A DNA stretch of 64,000 bases from NCBI GenBank assembly GCA_050948825.1, contig JBMNEO010000001.1, positions 11,673 through 75,672 on the forward strand, given 5' to 3'. This DNA is from Dethiobacteria bacterium (GTDB taxonomy: Bacteria; Bacillota; Dethiobacteria; DTU022; UBA8154). Of this stretch, positions 1 through 8,678 are shown piece after piece. Each line of letters begins with the position of its first letter. Positions within the stretch are counted from its first letter, which is position 1. The notes under the pieces are model-generated. The model searched no databases. It saw only the letters and a program-made list of their open reading frames with translations, and was not told the origin of the DNA. The position numbers and the translations under genes are program-made.

Positions 1-128
1 ACCACATCAATATCGCCGGTAGCTACTGTGCCCGCAACATTCAACACATCCGTCCATGCGGCGTAGGCGCCGCCGATGAGTCCTAAAGCCAGGACCAAAA
101 TTAATGCAATATACTTCACCTTTTTCAC
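1..128 (-). CDS. N-terminal fragment (gene runs off the window edge) of a secreted protein with a TasA/SipW-cognate-like signal peptide, paralogous to the 257..805 product
   Basis: Minus-strand translation from a GTG at 128 gives VKKVKYIALILVLALGLIGGAYAAWTDVLNVAGTVATGDIDV.., with an AAGGAGAG RBS 10 nt upstream. The ..AAW(T/Q)..G.V.TGDID.. motif is shared with the next gene. Not in the ORF track because it is truncated. Confidence 0.4.
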   Translation of the reverse strand, partial: MKKVKYIALILVLALGLIGGAYAAWTDVLNVAGTVATGDIDV

Positions 129-256
129 TTAATTACACTCTCCTTTTTTCCTTTGTTTCCCTTTTTTTACCTCTTTAATTGGACAACAGTAAAATGATTC
201 TAATCCCCTTCTGATCCTGGGTTTTGGGACCACCACCTTTTTCAGCAATTATGGTA

Positions 257-805
257 TCAGGGAGCGGTGTTGCACTGCTGGAAGAATAGAGTCATGGAAA
301 ACCCGTATGAGGTTTTTTCCTCTACTTCATCCCCTATCTGGATCGATAGCTCACCATCAACGCTGTCCCCGTTTCCACCAAGAGTTCCCTCGGGTAACGA
401 GTTGTTGAACAATATCCCAGAGTCAATGTTTTCCAAAAGGGTATTAAAGCTGACCGGCACACTTCCCCGGTTAGCAATGGTATAATCAAAGGTAAAAACT
501 TCACCGGGGCAGGCGCCCTCAATGGAGATAGAAATTGTTTTTTCATTATTGATAATGGAAGCATCAACAGAAGAATCAATAATTGACGCACTAACAGCAG
601 AGGCATCCCCCCGGTCCCCGGTGCCTACGCTTATAAAAACGGGATCTATATCGCCGGTGGAGACCACGCCAAAGATCTGGATCCCCTCCTGCCAGGCCGC
701 TGCTCCCACGCCGATCATCCCCAGCGCCAGGGTCAGCGCAATCCAGATAAACATTGCCCGGGTTGTATTGCGTTTTCTGAATTTCCGTTTAAAAACTTTC
801 CTCAC
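257..805 (-). CDS. Small secreted protein with an N-terminal signal/TM segment and a Gly/Ser/Asp-rich beta-type domain, possibly TasA/camelysin-like
   Basis: ORF track, 182 aa. A charged N-region is followed by a hydrophobic stretch and then GAAAWQEGIQIFGVVSTGDIDPV, paralogous to the 1..128 fragment. The true start may be the internal ATG at 754. Confidence 0.5.
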   Translation of the reverse strand: MRKVFKRKFRKRNTTRAMFIWIALTLALGMIGVGAAAWQEGIQIFGVVSTGDIDPVFISVGTGDRGDASAVSASIIDSSVDASIINNEKTISISIEGACPGEVFTFDYTIANRGSVPVSFNTLLENIDSGILFNNSLPEGTLGGNGDSVDGELSIQIGDEVEEKTSYGFSMTLFFQQCNTAP

Positions 806-1124
806 GCCCCTCGTTTAAATTTAAAAAAATGTAAATTATCATTAAATAATGCAGAATAAGCATCGAGAAATATGCACTGAAAATAAGCACCGTGAATAAT
901 ATAGCACTATTACCTCTCATAACAGTCTCAAGCCTGTCTCAATTGCGTCTCAACTTCTTTTGTCTTTTTTCAGACAGCAACCGCAGTCGCCAAGAGATTG
1001 CCATTTATAATTGATTGTGGTATAAGTTGCTTAGAAGCTCTAGAGGATTTAAACCGCTTTAAAATAAAGGAAGTAGAAAAGCTGAAGGAGAAATTGCAGG
1101 ACAAACATAGAAAGAAGGTTAGAT

Positions 1125-1910
1125 ATGGTTAGCACGGTCTCTATCTTTTCAATGGTTATCACATTGTTAATATGTTTTGGACTTCCGATTATCCTGTTTA
1201 TCTATTTCTATAAAAGAGAACCGATTGCCGTTGCTGCCGTTTTAGTCGGCGCGCTGGTGTTCCTTGTTTCCCAAATATTTACTCGTATACCGCTGCTCAA
1301 CTTATTTTCTTCTATGGAATGGTACCAGCAAATAGCGGCTAATATATTTTTACTGGCCCTTTTCCTCTCTGTAACTGCCGGCCTTTTTGAAGAAGTAGGG
1401 CGCTATCTCGGTTTTAAACTCCTCTTAAAAAAGCATCTCACCTGGAAAAACGGGGTTGCTTTCGGTATTGGCCATGGCGGGATAGAGGCCATCGTTATAA
1501 CCGGCTTCGCTTATATAAACAACCTGGTTTACAGCGTATTAATAAATTCCGGTGCTTTTGCCGATACAATTGCTCCCCAGTTGGGGCCGGAAATAGCCGC
1601 TTACATCCAGGATCAGCTGGTTAACCTGCCATCATACCTGTTTCTTGTGGCAGGCTTTGAAAGGGCTTTTACTATATTTATTCATATCGCTTTGTCGTTG
1701 GTTGTACTGCTGGCGGTGGTAAAAGGCAAAGCTGTCTATTTGCTCTTTGCCATACTGCTTCATACAGCGGTAAATTTTCCAGCAGTGATAATCCCTGGTT
1801 TGGGTTACAGTATTCTTTTTGCGGAACTATATTTGCTGGTGCTGGCTGCCTTTAGTTGGATGTTTATTTTCCGTTCCCGGGGAAGCTTTCCAGACTTACC
1901 TGATAAATGA
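1125..1910 (+). CDS. YhfC-family intramembrane metalloprotease (polytopic membrane protein)
   Basis: 261 aa with about 7 TM segments. It carries the conserved FEEVGRY (EExxR) and HTAVNF (HxxxN) motifs and the GIGHGGIEA motif typical of the YhfC/DUF2324 family. Confidence 0.55.
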   Translation: MVSTVSIFSMVITLLICFGLPIILFIYFYKREPIAVAAVLVGALVFLVSQIFTRIPLLNLFSSMEWYQQIAANIFLLALFLSVTAGLFEEVGRYLGFKLLLKKHLTWKNGVAFGIGHGGIEAIVITGFAYINNLVYSVLINSGAFADTIAPQLGPEIAAYIQDQLVNLPSYLFLVAGFERAFTIFIHIALSLVVLLAVVKGKAVYLLFAILLHTAVNFPAVIIPGLGYSILFAELYLLVLAAFSWMFIFRSRGSFPDLPDK

Positions 1911-2015
1911 AAGAAGATGAGAGTTGAAGCAGTATAATATAATTGCGTGTTTTTGGGGCCTGGTCTACTTAGAAGAAATATGACTATTTAGTCTAACCTT
2001 CTTTTTTCCTTTTTT

Positions 2016-3416
2016 TCATGCCAGCGACAGCAGTCGCCGGGATGTCTCCCCTGCTATAGTAAGCGGCCCGGTGGTGTGCCGCAACGTAACCCCACTAAAG
2101 CTATTGCTGAGCAGGAAGTGATTTTTTATTCTCTCCAGCGCTTTTTCGGCCTGTTCCTGCCCGGCGCATATCATCAGCATCAAGTAGTACTGGTTATTGC
2201 TCCAGCGGCAGATGATATCTCCCTTGCGCAGGTTTTTTATCAGGACATCACCGAGCAGCTCCATAGCTTCTTCCATTTTATTTGAATCAGTCCAGGCATA
2301 ATCGTTACGGACAAGCGCCAAGCTACCCCAAAATGCCGTCTGCTCGCTTCTTTCGGCCCTCAACTCCTCCAGCCTGGAGAGCTTGACAAAGGTTTGCGGA
2401 TCAAAGAAAAAAGGCCCGCCCGTTTCCTGCATCGGGCTTAACCGCTCGCCTGGGAGCAGCCGTATTTTCTCCTGCGGGTCCCTCTTTGCTTCGCTCGTTA
2501 TCCTTCTGTACAGCTCGCGCATCTCGGCAGAAGGCTTCAAACCGGCTTCCCGGTATAACAGAGAGCTGGCATAATTATAATGCGTTTTAGCCAGGCAGGT
2601 TTTCCCCTCTTCGAGGAGCGATTCAATAAAGTGGATATGCAGCCCTTCCTGGAGCGGTTCAATTAAAAAGGCCTTCTCACAGACATCCCTGAGTTCGGAA
2701 TACCTGCCGGCCTTTTTCAGGAGCAGAATCAACTCATCGACACTTTCCAGGTAAATCCTGTGGTAATAGTCGCGCATAGTAATAACCCAGTCGTCATAAA
2801 GGTTTTCCGGGAGATAATCCCCCTGATAGAGGGAAAGCGCCATCTGGTAGAGGTTAATAGCCGCATGCGGCTCTTTCTGTGCTTTCTTGCCTGCCTTGCA
2901 GCACAAAAGTATAAATTCTTCCGCATCCAGCCAGTAATTTGAAGACAGGTTAAAAGAATACAGTCCCTGGGATAATACAATATACTGGGGATCGGCTCCG
3001 GGAGACAGCCCGCTTGCCAGAAGCCGCCGGAGCCGGTAAACAAGATTGCGCAGTGTGCGGTCAGGGTCTTTGGGTTCTTCCTCATGGTAAAGAGCTTCCA
3101 TCAGCAATTCCGGGTGGGTTGCTCTGCTGCGGTAGGTAAACAAATATTTAAAGAGCTTCCAGAGCTGCCGGGACCGTCCGGCATCTTCGGTAAACAACTG
3201 TTCCCCGCGCCTTACAAGGAAGTGGCCCAGGGTAAAAATCTCCAGTCTGTCATTAATTTGACTATTATCAGATGGTGCGTTCAGTGCACTTGGAACGCTT
3301 TTACTATCCGCCATGCTAAGCTCATGCTCAAATGCGGAAATATCAACCTGCTTGCTGCTTGCGATGCTTTTACTTTCCATCATGCTGGTTTGACTGTCAC
3401 CCTCCGGTTCGGCCAT
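2016..3416 (-). CDS. SARP/AfsR-like transcriptional regulator with an OmpR-type winged-helix DNA-binding domain and a BTAD domain, plus a C-terminal domain of unclear type
   Basis: 466 aa. LEIFTLGHFLVRRGEQLF..WKLFKYLFTY..LMEALY fits an OmpR/SARP wHTH. The following TPR-like BTAD region has the pattern ..LYQGDYLPE..W. The C-terminal ~130 aa is unassigned and may be a degenerate GGDEF-like or sensor domain. Confidence 0.55.
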   Translation of the reverse strand: MAEPEGDSQTSMMESKSIASSKQVDISAFEHELSMADSKSVPSALNAPSDNSQINDRLEIFTLGHFLVRRGEQLFTEDAGRSRQLWKLFKYLFTYRSRATHPELLMEALYHEEEPKDPDRTLRNLVYRLRRLLASGLSPGADPQYIVLSQGLYSFNLSSNYWLDAEEFILLCCKAGKKAQKEPHAAINLYQMALSLYQGDYLPENLYDDWVITMRDYYHRIYLESVDELILLLKKAGRYSELRDVCEKAFLIEPLQEGLHIHFIESLLEEGKTCLAKTHYNYASSLLYREAGLKPSAEMRELYRRITSEAKRDPQEKIRLLPGERLSPMQETGGPFFFDPQTFVKLSRLEELRAERSEQTAFWGSLALVRNDYAWTDSNKMEEAMELLGDVLIKNLRKGDIICRWSNNQYYLMLMICAGQEQAEKALERIKNHFLLSNSFSGVTLRHTTGPLTIAGETSRRLLSLA

Positions 3417-3679
3417 ATAATTTGTTAGACTATTCTTATCAATATTATATCTGGAATTAATTCAATAATTTGTTAGTATTTGCCGGCGGACGGAATGAAT
3501 ATTCAGACAAAAGGAGACAAAAACCCGGCAGCTCTTACAAGCTGTAATATGATCAGCAACGAAATATACACAGAGGATAAATAGCGGTGTCACCCATTGG
3601 CACGATATGTCGCAGGCCTACCTCTTTTTTATCCTGTAGAAATAAAAAAATGAGGAAGAATTTTGCCCCACTACACCGC

Positions 3680-3757
3680 CACTCAGCGGCCCAAAACATT
3701 ATACCTCAAAAATGGGACGAGGGACCTGTCCCCCTGTCCCTCTCCCCCTGTCCCTCA
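3680..3757. repeat. Copy 1 of a ~65-80 bp intergenic repeat containing a nested GGGACA/TGTCCC palindrome and, on the minus strand, a TATAATGTTTTGGGC core
   Basis: cactcagcggcccaaaacattatacctcaaaaatgggacgagggacctgtccccctgtccctc is nearly identical to 8419..8482. It lies between the DUF1232 gene's 3' end and the SARP gene's 5' end. Confidence 0.7.
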
Positions 3758-3776
3758 CTTTCAGGTTTTAAATAGC

Positions 3777-4166
3777 CTATTCGCTCTGGTTTAGCTGCAA
3801 CCACGATTTGTAGGCCAGTAAATCGTTTTGGATCTGTTTGATCGCAAAGGCCAGGATTGTGGCATCGTCAATCATGCCACCCAGGGGGATAAAATCGGGC
3901 ATTAAATCCAGCGGGTTAAGGAAATATAACAGGGCGGCTATAACCAGCAGCAGCGATTTGGGAGATATTTTTCTATAGCAGCCGTTCTTCCAGTCGCGCA
4001 GTAGGCTGAAAAAGAGGCGCAGATCCTCCCATATTGCTTCCAGAGGGCCGCTTTTGTTGTTTGCTTTGCTGACTGCATCATGAAGCAATTTTTCTGCTTT
4101 TTCACGATCGTTAATATAAGCCCCTGCTTTGCTTTTGTAACCGCGGAGAATATTATCTGCTTTCAT
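3777..4166 (-). CDS. DUF1232 (YkvA-like) membrane protein
   Basis: ..LLLVIAALLYFLNPLDLMPDFIPLGGMIDDA.. matches the DUF1232 signature. The start is placed at the ATG at 4166, preceded by a GGGAGG RBS. The ORF track extends it to 4229. Confidence 0.6.
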   Translation of the reverse strand: MKADNILRGYKSKAGAYINDREKAEKLLHDAVSKANNKSGPLEAIWEDLRLFFSLLRDWKNGCYRKISPKSLLLVIAALLYFLNPLDLMPDFIPLGGMIDDATILAFAIKQIQNDLLAYKSWLQLNQSE

Positions 4167-4316
4167 GATTATTCGCCTCCCAGGAAAAAGTAAAATTCTA
4201 AAGATCATTTCTATAAAGTGATTCAGCATCCTATAATAAAGATTGTCCCTCTTAGGATAATCATAAGTACTCCGTGTAGCCAGGAACCGCCATGTATGGC
4301 GGTTCCCCGAATAACC

Positions 4317-4556
4317 TTATCTCTTTTTCCACATAATCATAAACTGATTTACTTCTATTCCAGATTGGCGAATTATTGCCCTTAATAAACCCCGATCAAT
4401 TTCTTCATTTGAATGAACAGGGATAACAAACATTGATTCATTATAAATACTTTTTATGACATGATGGCTTCCTTTAATCCTTTTTAATTCACATCCACAC
4501 TTCAAGTAAAAATCAAGTAAATCTTTTCCTGATACTACAGGTAATTTTTCACCCAT
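4317..4556 (-). CDS. hicA: HicA-family mRNA-interferase toxin (type II toxin-antitoxin system)
   Basis: 79 aa. GKDLLDFYLKCGCELKRIKGSHHVIK matches the YcfA/HicA motif. Its start overlaps the upstream partner's stop in an ATGA arrangement. Confidence 0.7.
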   Translation of the reverse strand: MGEKLPVVSGKDLLDFYLKCGCELKRIKGSHHVIKSIYNESMFVIPVHSNEEIDRGLLRAIIRQSGIEVNQFMIMWKKR

Positions 4557-4783
4557 TAGCCCACTTCCACTTCAACCTGGTTTACACCAACAAATTTAAC
4601 AGTTTCTAAAATTTGTTCTTTATCGTCAATCGTTTCAAGAAATACTTCAATTGCCTCTTTAATCCGGGGAAAAATCTCCTCTATGGTTTTTGCTTGTGTA
4701 AATACTCCAGGCAATTCTGGTACTGAACCAATAAAGTAACCATCTATTCCTCTAGTTATAAGAAATGTGTAATTTTTTTTCAT
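4556..4783 (-). CDS. hicB: HicB-like antitoxin (UPF0150-type N-terminal domain)
   Basis: 75 aa. MKKNYTFLITRGIDGYFIGSVPELPGVFTQAKTIEE is typical of the HicB_N fold. It is translationally coupled to hicA. Confidence 0.6.
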   Translation of the reverse strand: MKKNYTFLITRGIDGYFIGSVPELPGVFTQAKTIEEIFPRIKEAIEVFLETIDDKEQILETVKFVGVNQVEVEVG

Positions 4784-4968
4784 TAACTATCATCTCCAAT
4801 GTATCAATCTTCTTATATTTTATCATATAAGCAATTTAAATAATACAACACATCGCTTCTTCAAAAAATGAGATTTTAGACTAGGACCCTGCCTCAACGA
4901 GGCAGATCGTATCCCGATGCCTGCGGAAACTGAGAAATTTTCAATAGCTGCCCTAAAACATTATAAGA

Positions 4969-5721
4969 CTATGCTTGTGTTTGGGATTTGATTTTCCCGT
5001 CAATGCCGATCACAATCTTTTCCTGAGGAACCTCGATACCGGCCTCGGTGCAGGCCCTGGACACCAGCTGACCCAGACCCGAACAGCAGCCAACCTCCAT
5101 CATCACAATAGCGATCTTTCCCGGAGTATTCTTCTGGAAAATTTCAACCAGCTTTTGAAAGTAGAAAGCAGCATCATCAAACTTGGGACAGCCGATTAAA
5201 AGCGCTTTCCCCTTTAAAAAACGGCGGTGAAAATCTGCAAAAGCAAAGGGCACACAATCCGCAGCTACCAGCAGGTGGGGTTTTTGCAAAAATTTCGCCC
5301 CGGGGGGAACCAGCCGGAGCTGTACAGGCCAATGGGTAAGCTCGGAAGCAAAAGAAGCTGCTGCCCCCGCCTCCAAAGCACCGCTATCTTCCTCCCTTTC
5401 CAGGACTATTTCACTACAGGCGGTGCAGGACACCGTATCCGCACATTCACTTTCTTCCTCCGCACCTTGAGTGGCACGGAGATGCTCCTCTACTGCCTGG
5501 GTATCAAAAGCCTCCGCTTCCCGCACTTCAATGGAGATCGCTCCCTGGGGACAGTCACCCAGACAGGCCCCCAACCCGTCACAGAGGCGTTCACCGACCA
5601 ACCTGGCTTTACCATCAATGATCTGCAGCGCCCCCTCCGCACAGGCCGGCACGCATAAACCGCATCCATCGCATTTTTCCTCATCAATATGAATGATCTC
5701 CCGCATGATCTTGCTGGCCAT
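4969..5721 (-). CDS. 4Fe-4S dicluster ferredoxin-domain protein with a conserved C-terminal Cys-containing domain
   Basis: Two CxxCxxCxxxCP motifs (CDGCGLCVPACAEG and CDGLGACLGDCPQG). It has an acidic linker, then ..HWPVQLRLVPP..LLVAADCVPFA..LLIGCPKFDD.. The start is chosen at MASKIMREII; the ORF track runs to 5766. Confidence 0.6.
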   Translation of the reverse strand: MASKIMREIIHIDEEKCDGCGLCVPACAEGALQIIDGKARLVGERLCDGLGACLGDCPQGAISIEVREAEAFDTQAVEEHLRATQGAEEESECADTVSCTACSEIVLEREEDSGALEAGAAASFASELTHWPVQLRLVPPGAKFLQKPHLLVAADCVPFAFADFHRRFLKGKALLIGCPKFDDAAFYFQKLVEIFQKNTPGKIAIVMMEVGCCSGLGQLVSRACTEAGIEVPQEKIVIGIDGKIKSQTQA

Positions 5722-5774
5722 TTTTTCTCCTCCTTTTACATTAGGCAACAGTACACAATTACTCAATTACGCAA

Positions 5775-5845
5775 TATTAAGCAATGATTTTGATGCATAA
5801 AATTAAGCAATGACTTTAATTCACTAGCAAGCAATGATTTTTTAC
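5775..5845. promoter_or_regulatory. Three direct repeats of TAAGCAATGA(T/C)TTT spaced ~26-29 bp apart in the leader/promoter region of the ferredoxin-like gene. Candidate operator.
   Basis: The string attaagcaatgattttgatgcataaaattaagcaatgactttaattcactagcaagcaatgatttttt is visible directly. Confidence 0.35.
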
Positions 5846-5974
5846 AGCTGATAACCGGTAGCTGACAGTTGTTTATACCCTCATCTTCGTAAGGTTCAAG
5901 GAACAACAACCACAATCTCTCCGGCTATACCCCGGGCACCTCAGGTTTCCTGAGCAATTTTTGCTCCGAGAGCA

Positions 5975-6556
5975 TTATCCCTGGCGTCCGCCTAGCTTCA
6001 GGGCCTTATGCAGCATACGGACAGGAAGGCTTCTCAGCTTTCCACTTTCCAACTCGGCAAGCACCTGTTCGGCCTCCTCCACAACAAGGCGGGGCAGGCC
6101 GGCCTTACCCGGCAGTTCTGCTATTGCTTTATCTGCAGCACTGCTGTCCATAGATTCCTTGATAATTTGAAAACAAACTGCAATAACAATCACTAAAAGC
6201 TGGACGCCTCTTTCAGCAGACAGTTTTTCCGCAACCGGCAGTACCCTCAACAGCTTTGCCAGGGCTTCCTCCTCCAGGATTTGTTCCATCGCCGCCCGGA
6301 TTTTTTCTAAAAAAGAATCCGGCTTCCCATATCCTTTGGCAATATCACCCAGACAATATTCGGCATACGCACACCATTCCGCACAGCCCATGTCAAAACG
6401 GGGATTGCTCACCAACCTCCGGCACTTTTCACAGCGGACACGGATATCAGTTTTCCAAAATTCCAGGATATTTCCACAGTTCGGACACTCCTCTTCGTAA
6501 ATATCCTCAGGTTTCCAGTATCTTCTATCCTGGCCGGGACATTTCGGTACTTGCAC
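5975..6556 (-). CDS. Hypothetical protein with an N-terminal Cys-rich (zinc-ribbon-like) segment
   Basis: 193 aa. CPGQD..CPNCGN..RCEKCRR..CAEWCAYAEYC gives 9 Cys in the first 70 aa. The rest looks helical. I do not recognise the family. Confidence 0.45.
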   Translation of the reverse strand: MQVPKCPGQDRRYWKPEDIYEEECPNCGNILEFWKTDIRVRCEKCRRLVSNPRFDMGCAEWCAYAEYCLGDIAKGYGKPDSFLEKIRAAMEQILEEEALAKLLRVLPVAEKLSAERGVQLLVIVIAVCFQIIKESMDSSAADKAIAELPGKAGLPRLVVEEAEQVLAELESGKLRSLPVRMLHKALKLGGRQG

Positions 6557-6865
6557 AGCGCCTCCCTCCCTTTCTGCTAAAATTTCAACCTAAATCCAAT
6601 GTCTATTTAATACCCAACCAATTAATACCTAACCAAGTTGGTTATATTATAATTTAGTTTTATTCCCTTGTCAAGTGTTTCCAGGACTATTTTAAAAATA
6701 AATAATAATAAATTGAGTGTCAGGAATTTTTCGCCAGACTACCGTCCTGGCTAATAACGTCCACCGGAATTAACTCGACCGGATCTTGACTATGGAATCA
6801 TCTTCCTGTAATATATATATATAACTAACTTGATTATATAACTATAAATGAAATCAGGTGCAACA

Positions 6866-7279
6866 ATGATCACCAAAAAAGCAGAGTATGCGATCATCGC
6901 CCTGGCTGATCTGGCTGTGCTGCCGCCCGATCAAAAAACAACGACACGGGAAATTGTCGCACGCCAGCAAATCCCACCCAACCTGCTCGCCCAGATTTTA
7001 CCCGTAATGCGTAAAGCAGGATGGATTAAAAGCACCCGGGGGGCCGGTGGAGGGATTTTTCTGTGCAAGGATCCCGCGCAGATCACTTTATGGGAAGTAA
7101 TCGAGCTGATTGACGGCCCTATAAAAATAACCCGCTGTCTGACACAAAGTATGCCCTGTGGAAACAAACCTTCCTGCCCTCTGAGGGATGTCTGGAAGGA
7201 AGCGCAAGAAAAAATGCTGCAGGTTTTTGAAGAAACCACCATTGGGGAGTTGGCTGCCAGAATAGCTGCTGCCGGATAA
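6866..7279 (+). CDS. Rrf2-family transcriptional regulator with three C-terminal Cys (likely Fe-S sensing, IscR/NsrR-like)
   Basis: MITKKAEYAIIALADLA..TTREIVARQQIPPNLLAQILPVMRKAGWIKSTRGAGGGIFL is the Rrf2 wHTH. CLTQSMPCGNKPSC supplies the three ligating Cys. An alternative ATG lies at 6848. Confidence 0.75.
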   Translation: MITKKAEYAIIALADLAVLPPDQKTTTREIVARQQIPPNLLAQILPVMRKAGWIKSTRGAGGGIFLCKDPAQITLWEVIELIDGPIKITRCLTQSMPCGNKPSCPLRDVWKEAQEKMLQVFEETTIGELAARIAAAG

Positions 7280-7417
7280 AAGTGAAAGGATTACACAATC
7301 GTCATGGATGATAACATCCTGAGGAATACCAGTGTGAGTGCAATGAACATTTTCAACAAACTGTTCTGAATAATAAATCTTCATGGTTTGTCAAGCCCTA
7401 AATCTTTAAATAATTCT

Positions 7418-7650
7418 TCAGTACTCTCTGCAACACGAAATTTCTCCCTCTTTAATTTGTTGATCCACTTTTTTCTCTTTTTCTTGCCACTCGGCAGAAT
7501 AATACCATCCCTGCTCTTTAGGAACTATAATTACGGGTGTAAGAACTAATTTCCCATCTTTAACTTGAGCATCAAACTTATCTCCTACTTTTAAATTCAG
7601 TTTTTTTACAAGCTCTTTGGGAATTGTGATTTGGGATTTTTGCTTAAAAT
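7418..7650 (-). pseudogene. Remnant of an AbrB/MazE/SpoVT-fold (swapped-hairpin) antitoxin-like gene with no canonical start codon
   Basis: The minus-strand frame reads ..FKQKSQITIPKELVKKLNLKVGDKFDAQVKDGKLVLTPVIIVPKEQGWYYSAEWQEKEKKVDQQIKEGEISCCREY*. There is no ATG, GTG or TTG in-frame upstream of the domain. Confidence 0.35.
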
Positions 7651-7731
7651 CCCTACCTAAAGATGGCTTGACATATATTTACATTTGTAATATTATATTT
7701 ACAGGTAATACATTATTGGGGGGGCATTACC

Positions 7732-7986
7732 GTGAAGAAAATTACTACTGTTACAAAGAAGGGGCAGGTTACCATACCCAGAATGGTACGGGAAAAGCTG
7801 CAAATCAACTCCGGTGACAAGGTCGAGTTTACTTTTAACGAGCAGGGGCAGGTAGTTTTACAGCCGGTTAAAACCGACCTGAACAGTCTTTACGGAATTC
7901 TGGCAAAAGAAAGGCCGGAGCTGGATATTGAAGAACAGCGAAAAGCTGCCCGGGATTGGATCAGCAGTAAGAAAGGCAGGTCGTAA
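7732..7986 (+). CDS. vapB: AbrB/MazE-fold antitoxin (VapB-like), partner of the downstream PIN toxin
   Basis: MKKITTVTKKGQVTIPRMVREKLQINSGDKVEF is a SpoVT/AbrB looped-hinge helix. An acidic/charged tail follows. Confidence 0.7.
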   Translation: MKKITTVTKKGQVTIPRMVREKLQINSGDKVEFTFNEQGQVVLQPVKTDLNSLYGILAKERPELDIEEQRKAARDWISSKKGRS

Positions 7987-7999
7987 GAGGGTGTTTTTT

Positions 8000-8398
8000 G
8001 TGGATACAAATTTATTTATTCGCTTTCTCTCACGAGATGACGAAGAAAAAGCGGCCAAATGCAAAACCCTCTTTGAAAAGGCCCTGGCCGGCGGAGTAAA
8101 GCTCTTTACCTCTGAATTGGTAATCGCTGAGGTGGTATGGGTACTTCAATCCCCTAAAACATATAATCAAAAACCGGAGAGAATACGCGAATTGCTGCTG
8201 CCGCTTCTCACCATTAAAAACCTGAATTTCCCCAACAAAGAGCTCTACCCGGAGGTTTTTGAACTTTTTGCTTCTACTAATGTGGACTATATTGACGCCT
8301 ATAACGCCGTTTTAATGCAACAAAAAGGCATTTCCGATATTTATAGTTACGATATACATTTCGACTTAATCAATAATATCAACCGCCTGGAGCCATAA
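8000..8398 (+). CDS. vapC: PIN-domain ribonuclease toxin (VapC)
   Basis: ..FFVDTNLFIRFL..SELVIAEVVWVL..VDYIDAYNAV.. gives PIN acidic residues at the expected spacing. The start is ambiguous (GTG at 8000 or 7991, or ATG at 7928). 8000 is chosen because an AAGAGGG RBS sits 7-9 nt upstream. Confidence 0.65.
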   Translation: MDTNLFIRFLSRDDEEKAAKCKTLFEKALAGGVKLFTSELVIAEVVWVLQSPKTYNQKPERIRELLLPLLTIKNLNFPNKELYPEVFELFASTNVDYIDAYNAVLMQQKGISDIYSYDIHFDLINNINRLEP

Positions 8399-8418
8399 AC
8401 TTTTTTACCGAAAAAAGA

Positions 8419-8482
8419 CCACTGAGCAGCCCCAAAACATTATACCTTAAAATGGGACAAGGGACCTGTCCCCCTGTCCCTC
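8419..8482. repeat. Copy 2 of the ~65-80 bp palindromic intergenic repeat (see 3680..3757)
   Basis: cactgagcagccccaaaacattataccttaaaatgggacaagggacctgtccccctgtccctc, located just 3' of vapC. Confidence 0.7.
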
Positions 8483-8491
8483 GGGGGGATA

Positions 8492-8524
8492 TTAAAAATC
8501 CCGCCCTGGAGTTTGCAGGGCGGG
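8492..8524 (-). terminator. Rho-independent terminator ending the TasA-like gene array (minus strand)
   Basis: The CCCGCCCTG-gagtttg-CAGGGCGGG hairpin is followed on the minus strand by AUUUUUAAUAU. Confidence 0.6.
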
Positions 8525-8678
8525 AACCGACTTGCATATTATTAATTTTCATAACCAAGAGGGCTGTTTATAAGAGCGCAGAGGATGTGCTATTTATGCC
8601 TCAAAAGGTTCTGGAAGTGCCTCTTTGTATGTTGTTATCTTTGCATGTGCCTTTTTGCTTATGCCTCCTGGCCCCTGT

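Noticed and set aside
4883-4907. Short hairpin ctgcctc-aacga-gaggcag upstream of hicB, considered as a terminator or sRNA end paired with the TATAAT core at ~4950
   Set aside because: The stem is only 7 bp and the U-run lies ~20 nt away. That is insufficient for a confident terminator or sRNA call.
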